Shown piece after piece: positions 59,223 to 64,000 of a DNA stretch of 64,000 nucleotides. The notes under the pieces are model-generated. The model did not search any database. It saw nothing but the letters and a program-made list of their open reading frames with translations, and was not told the origin of the DNA. Made by a program: the position numbers and the translations under genes. Position 1 is the first letter of the stretch; every line of letters begins with the position of its first letter. Source of the DNA: an uncultured bacterium (GTDB lineage: Bacteria > Patescibacteriota > Minisyncoccia > Phycocordibacterales > UBA9973); NCBI GenBank assembly GCA_903892035.1, contig CAITGV010000001.1, positions 355,310-419,309 on the forward strand, written 5' to 3'.

Positions 59223-59378
59223 ATGCAAACATCAAAATTTGATCGAGTGGTAAAAACTTTATTTTTAAGTTTGATGGTCATTGGACTAGCCGCGGGTATT
59301 TTGCGTGGTATGCAAGTACAAAATCAAATTCAAGCGAATACAATTTCTGCAAATCAAAATGTAAATTTGAGTAAATAA
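59223..59378 (+). CDS. small membrane protein (51 aa)
   Basis: MQTSKFDRVVKTLFLSLMVIGLAAGILRGMQ.... Under 60 aa, so not in the track. Confidence 0.25.
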   Translation: MQTSKFDRVVKTLFLSLMVIGLAAGILRGMQVQNQIQANTISANQNVNLSK

Positions 59379-59404
59379 AACTTTATTAACTAATTTAAAA
59401 TCAT

Positions 59405-60016
59405 ATGCAAAATAATTCAAAAATAAATACAGCATTGTTATCAATTATCATCGTTCTTCTTTTGGTCGGAATATATTTAATGGTTACAAAAAAAGAAACT
59501 CCAAATGAGTTGGGACAAGTTACCCCAGGTCCGCAACTAAATACAACAGATAATACACAGAATACTCAAAACAACACTCCGCCAGTTACACCACCAGAAA
59601 ATAATAACCCAGTTGTGCCAGCGGGTTGGTCTATGGTTTCAGAAAACGGAATGAGTGCTACTATACCTGCAGGATATTCTCATAATACAGAATTTGCTCG
59701 AGCTGCAGGATTTAATGCTGTTACACTTAATATAGGCTCTGGCAATAAACTCGTTGTCAGTATTTACAAATGGAACAATCAAGTACTTTTTAATGAATCT
59801 GTACCACAAGGAGTATCGAGCGACTATACACTAATAAATAATAACTATCAGATAAGTGGACTAACTGGGAAATATTATCAAAGAAGCACAGCAATTGGTG
59901 GAGGGAATTTAATTGTTGTACCTTCAAAATTAGTTGTTATTGATATTCAGCCAGCTTCATTTATAGGTGTTCCTCAGGCAATTATTGATCAAATTGTGGC
60001 TTCTATCAAACTCTAG
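59405..60016 (+). CDS. hypothetical membrane-anchored protein
   Basis: N-terminal TM helix (ALLSIIIVLLLVGIYLMV) followed by a Pro/Thr/Asn-rich linker. Confidence 0.4.
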   Translation: MQNNSKINTALLSIIIVLLLVGIYLMVTKKETPNELGQVTPGPQLNTTDNTQNTQNNTPPVTPPENNNPVVPAGWSMVSENGMSATIPAGYSHNTEFARAAGFNAVTLNIGSGNKLVVSIYKWNNQVLFNESVPQGVSSDYTLINNNYQISGLTGKYYQRSTAIGGGNLIVVPSKLVVIDIQPASFIGVPQAIIDQIVASIKL

Positions 60017-60053
60017 TTTTCCGACTGAGCTTATTTTTGCTATGATATAGTAT

Positions 60054-60842
60054 ATGGCACTTACGTGGGCGGGGAAGAGACAATTGACGGTAATGGGAAT
60101 AATTTTTGGAGCAATTTTGATTGTGGCTTCTTTTTATATTATTCCAGCTGTGACAAAAGCACCGACGTGCTCTGACGGTGTGCAAAATGGTACAGAGACA
60201 GGGGTAGACTGTGGAGGAAAATGTCCGACTTTTTGTGCATTTGAAGTGACAAAGCCAATAGTGCTTTGGTCACAAGCATTTCCAGTTTCCGATACAGTTT
60301 ACAATTTGGCTGCTTATGTAGAAAATCAAAATACAAATGCTGCAGTAAATTCTATTTCATATAATTTTAAAATTTATGATTCAAATTATGTATTTATTGC
60401 CGAGCATGCAGGTAGTGCTTTTATTCCACCAAAAGGAAATTTTGTAATTTTTGATGCAGGAGTATATGTAGGAAATAGAATTCCAGTTCATACAAAATTT
60501 GAATTTACATCTTCTCCAAATTGGTTGAAAGTCTCGCAAGCGACTATGGACAAGATTCCAGTTCTAACTGTTTCAGACCAAGATCTGACAAACGTAGGGA
60601 CAATTCCTACACTTGTGGCAAAAGTTTCAAATCATTCAGTATATACAGTAAATGACGTTGCCGTAGTAGCCATCCTGTCAGGTGATGATGGAAATGCAAT
60701 TGGTGTTTCTCAAACTACGATTGATACATTGAATGCAAATGATTCAAAACAAATATTTTTTACTTGGCCAAAAGCTTTAAATGGCGTCGTGAAAAAAATT
60801 GATATAATTCCAAAATTCGATTATTCATCGATAAAATTCTAA
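60054..60842 (+). CDS. hypothetical membrane-anchored protein with Cys-rich module
   Basis: N-terminal TM helix, then CSDGVQNGTETGVDCGGKCPTFC. Confidence 0.4.
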   Translation: MALTWAGKRQLTVMGIIFGAILIVASFYIIPAVTKAPTCSDGVQNGTETGVDCGGKCPTFCAFEVTKPIVLWSQAFPVSDTVYNLAAYVENQNTNAAVNSISYNFKIYDSNYVFIAEHAGSAFIPPKGNFVIFDAGVYVGNRIPVHTKFEFTSSPNWLKVSQATMDKIPVLTVSDQDLTNVGTIPTLVAKVSNHSVYTVNDVAVVAILSGDDGNAIGVSQTTIDTLNANDSKQIFFTWPKALNGVVKKIDIIPKFDYSSIKF

Positions 60843-61970
60843 ATGTTTGTAAATATTTCAAAAAAAATAGATTGGCTTTTGCTTTTATTTTTGGCGCCAA
60901 TCCTTTCCGCAGGGCTTGTCACAATGAAGTCTTTTCAATCGACAGGGGACACACATTTTTTTACTAGACAATTGGTTTGGATTTTAATTTGTTTTGGTGT
61001 TTTTTTTGTATGTTCCGTAATGGATTTTCGTTTTCTAAAAAGAAGATATGTTTTACCTACAATTTATCTAATTTGTTCTGGACTTTTAGTTTTGGTTTTT
61101 ATTGCTGGCCACACGGCAAATGGCGCAAAAAGCTGGTTTTCTATAGCTGGAATTGCTTTTCAGCCTTCGGATATAATGAAATTGGTTTTAGTAATAATGC
61201 TTTCAAAATATTTTTCTCGCCGTCATGTGGAAATTGCAAATTTTAAACATATTATAATTTCAGGTGTATATGCACTCATACCTTTCGGCTTAATTTTAAT
61301 TGAACCAGACTTTGGTTCTGCTATAATTATATTTTTTGTGTGGCTTGGAATGATACTTTTTTCCGGTATTTCAAAAAAACATTTATTAATTGTTTTTGCT
61401 GTTGGGGCTAGTGCATTTTTAGTTCTCTGGAGTTTTGTTTTTCATCCTTACCAAAAAGAAAGAATTTCAAATTTCCTAAATCCAATGTCGGACATTCACG
61501 GTACGGGTTACAATTCATATCAGGCAACGATTGCTGTCGGGTCAGGAAAATTGTTAGGTAAAGGAGTTGGTTTTGGTACCCAGTCACGTTTACAATTTTT
61601 ACCTGAATATCAGACTGACTTTATTTTTGCAGCTTATGCAGAAGAATGGGGTTTTGTTGGTGTTTTACTACTTTTTGTTTTTTTCGGCTTATTTTTATGG
61701 CGAATACTATTCAATGCAATGCACGGAGCAACAAACTTTGAAATACTTTTTGGTGTTGGACTTGCAGTCTTGTTTATGAGTCACGTAATTGTTAATGTAG
61801 GTATGGTTATTGGGCTGTTGCCGGTGACAGGAGTCACCTTGCCTTTTATGAGCTATGGAGGGTCACATTTATTAACAGAATTTGTCGGACTTGGAATTTT
61901 AATGAGCATGCGTAGATATGCCAGAGCGACGCACCGTGACAATATGCGCAATGAATTTTTAGGAATATAA
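60843..61970 (+). CDS. ftsW: SEDS-family peptidoglycan glycosyltransferase FtsW/RodA
   Basis: About 10 TM helices and conserved SEDS blocks (GAKSWF.IAGI.FQPSD..KL, LPEYQTDFIF, LPFMSYGGS). Confidence 0.8.
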   Translation: MFVNISKKIDWLLLLFLAPILSAGLVTMKSFQSTGDTHFFTRQLVWILICFGVFFVCSVMDFRFLKRRYVLPTIYLICSGLLVLVFIAGHTANGAKSWFSIAGIAFQPSDIMKLVLVIMLSKYFSRRHVEIANFKHIIISGVYALIPFGLILIEPDFGSAIIIFFVWLGMILFSGISKKHLLIVFAVGASAFLVLWSFVFHPYQKERISNFLNPMSDIHGTGYNSYQATIAVGSGKLLGKGVGFGTQSRLQFLPEYQTDFIFAAYAEEWGFVGVLLLFVFFGLFLWRILFNAMHGATNFEILFGVGLAVLFMSHVIVNVGMVIGLLPVTGVTLPFMSYGGSHLLTEFVGLGILMSMRRYARATHRDNMRNEFLGI

Positions 61971-61974
61971 TTTT

Positions 61975-62814
61975 ATGCAAGAAACAAATATTATCAATGG
62001 TAGAAAAATGAGAGATGCTATTTTAGCAGACCTGAAACTTGAGGTGGCAGAATTATCTTTTCAGCCTTGCTTTGTGGATGTACTAGTTGGTTCCGATGGA
62101 CCTTCTGCTCAATACGTTGGAATGAAAAATAGAATAGCAGAAAGTATTGGTATAAAAACTGTTCATGCAGCTTATCCAGAAAATATTTCAACTGACGACT
62201 TAATTTTAGAAATAGAAAAATTAAGCAAGCTTCCACATATGTGTGGGCTTATTGTTCAACTTCCGCTTCCAGCATCAATCGATACAAAAAAAGTTTTAGA
62301 CGCAATACCTCCACATATAGATGTCGATGCGACAGGGGAGGAAAATAGCCTACTTTTTTATGAAGGAAAATACAGATTTTTATTTCCGACTGCTGCAGCA
62401 ATTATTGAAATTCTCGATTCTACTGGTGTCGCGCTCAATGGAAAAAAGATTGTTGTAATTGGTCAGGGGAAACTTGTCGGAACTCCTGTTACTTTTTTGC
62501 TAAAATCTCGAGGACTTCATGTCGAAACTGTAGTAAAAGAAACAATAAATAAAGATGAAATAATAAAAAATGCTGATGTGATAATCACCGCAGTTGGAAA
62601 AGCAAAATTAATTATGGGTGAAATGATTAAAAAAGGAGTAATAATAATTGATGCTGGTACTTCTGAATCAAAAGGAGGAATTGCAGGTGATGTAGATTTC
62701 GAAACTGTAAATTGTATTGCTGGGTATTTATCTCCTGTACCGGGTGGGGTAGGGCCGATGACTGTGGCAGTACTTATGAAGAATGTAGTTTTATCAGCTA
62801 AACGTATCACTTAA
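61975..62814 (+). CDS. folD: bifunctional methylenetetrahydrofolate dehydrogenase/cyclohydrolase
   Basis: INGRKM...VGSDGPSAQYVGMK, VVIGQGKLVGTPV, SPVPGGVGPMTVAVLMKN. Confidence 0.85.
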   Translation: MQETNIINGRKMRDAILADLKLEVAELSFQPCFVDVLVGSDGPSAQYVGMKNRIAESIGIKTVHAAYPENISTDDLILEIEKLSKLPHMCGLIVQLPLPASIDTKKVLDAIPPHIDVDATGEENSLLFYEGKYRFLFPTAAAIIEILDSTGVALNGKKIVVIGQGKLVGTPVTFLLKSRGLHVETVVKETINKDEIIKNADVIITAVGKAKLIMGEMIKKGVIIIDAGTSESKGGIAGDVDFETVNCIAGYLSPVPGGVGPMTVAVLMKNVVLSAKRIT

Positions 62815-62834
62815 TAGTTGGACTACTGGGCTCA

Positions 62835-63389
62835 TTGAGTAGTCCAACTATTAAGTACAACATATTTATGAATATTTCAATATTTCACTTTTTAAATAAT
62901 TTAACAGTTAATAATAGTTTTTTTTCTAATTTGGCAATTTTTATTGCTACGACTTTTGGTATTTTGGTTTTAATCTTTACTTTTATATTTTTTGTATATA
63001 AAAAAGATGTTCGGGCATTATTTTTAGTTTTCGGCACCACAGCTACTGCATGGATTGTCACAAAAATTTTAAAAACAATTTTTCATATGCCAAGACCATT
63101 TATAAATTTGACCGATATGCATGCATTTATAATGTCCGGTGGTTATGATTCTTTTCCCTCAAATCATGCGACCGTTTTTACGGCTCTTGCTGTAGCAACT
63201 TTCTTTTTTTATAAACGTTTTGGTTTTTTATTAATGTTTTTTGCCTTACTTATAGGACTTAGTAGGGTAGTAGTAGGGGTGCATTTTCCGACTGACATAT
63301 TGGCTGGATTTTTAGTGGGTTTTGGGGTAGCTTATTTTGTCCACCGATGGAGGAATCTTATACTTGCGAAAATGCCTAAAAACCTATAG
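62835..63389 (+). CDS. PAP2-family phosphatase (undecaprenyl-diphosphatase-like)
   Basis: PAP2 motifs KxxxxxxRP (KTIFHMPRP), PSNH (SFPSNHAT), SRVVVGVHFPTD. Confidence 0.7.
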   Translation: MSSPTIKYNIFMNISIFHFLNNLTVNNSFFSNLAIFIATTFGILVLIFTFIFFVYKKDVRALFLVFGTTATAWIVTKILKTIFHMPRPFINLTDMHAFIMSGGYDSFPSNHATVFTALAVATFFFYKRFGFLLMFFALLIGLSRVVVGVHFPTDILAGFLVGFGVAYFVHRWRNLILAKMPKNL

Positions 63390-63402
63390 AATGCTTCCCA
63401 TA

Positions 63403-64000
63403 TGTGGAAAACAAGAATAACAGCATTACTTATATTATTGATAGGCGTCGGAGTCGCTTATTTCGTTTATTCATCTGAGCCAAAGCTCAATAAGACACCT
63501 CATCACGTAAAGACCCCAGCGATGTTTACTCATTCGCCTTTTCGTCTAGGTCTTGACCTTTCTGGTGGAAGTCACCTTATTTACCAAGCAGATGTGTCCA
63601 AACTTTCATCTTCACAGGTGAAGGATTCAATGTCCGCACTTCGCGATGTTATCGAACGCCGAGTGAACTTGTTTGGAGTATCAGAACCAGTTGTACAAGT
63701 AGAGGACAGTGGTTTTATTTCTGGAAATATTGGTGAAAGACTTATTGTTGATTTGCCAGGAGTTACAGATGTAAATAAAGCTGTGACAATGATTGGTCAG
63801 ACTCCACTTCTCGAATTCAAAACAGAAAATCCAAATCCAGATAAAAATGCTGTTCAAAATGCAACTGTTGGAAAAGATGGAAAAGTTGTCATTGATGCAA
63901 ATAGTTTTTATGCAAATAAATATATTGCTACCGACCTTACTGGTCGCTATCTCGATCACGCTGCTTTGGAATTCAATCAAAATACAGGTGAGCCTATCGT
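63403..64000 (+). CDS. secD: protein translocase subunit SecD (5' partial, continues beyond window)
   Basis: N-terminal TM helix, then LGLDLSGGSHLIYQAD and GQTPLLEFK motifs of the SecD periplasmic domain. No stop codon within the window. Confidence 0.7.

Overview
This is a low-GC (about 33%) bacterial chromosomal segment with very short intergenic spacers. Several features point to a Patescibacteria/CPR-like organism, though that is an inference: a 23S-5S rRNA unit with no 16S or tRNA in the window, an apparent roughly 410-nt intron in 23S domain V, eukaryote/archaeal-type IleRS and dimeric GlyRS, and many small secreted or membrane proteins. Recognisable housekeeping genes are ileS, glyQS, metG, recA, ftsK, efp, the rpsF-ssb-rpsR operon, the rplJ-rplL operon with its leader, purH, folD, ftsW/rodA, secD (partial), msrA, msrB, dinB, lexA, recO and a tatD-family gene.

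Accessory content falls into four groups.

1. Defence island at 2.1-7.8 kb: two D12-class adenine DNA methyltransferases, a 468-aa protein with a C-terminal HNH nuclease, and a DUF262/DUF1524 (GmrSD-like) protein.

2. SOS regulon: four Cheo-type LexA boxes (GAAC-N4-GTTC) sit inside promoters of lexA (with a small upstream ORF), dinB, an S53-like peptidase and a RhuM/Doc(Fic)-family gene. recA has no box.

3. Cassette array at 44.7-47.6 kb: three copies of a roughly 60-nt direct repeat plus terminator delimit a REP-flanked tyrosine transposase (RAYT), two MazF/PemK-like genes and a RelB/RelE pair. Each MazF-like gene is preceded by a conserved structured leader showing a compensatory base change, and no protein antitoxin ORF is present.

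4. Repeats: at least ten copies of a GC-rich palindromic intergenic element (CCCTCTCC-loop-GGAGAGGG followed by GGGAGAGGTTC).

The most unusual single gene is ileS, which carries a histidine-phosphatase (RHG/PGAM-like) domain of about 190 aa inserted into the catalytic core. No CRISPR array and no tRNA genes were found by eye.
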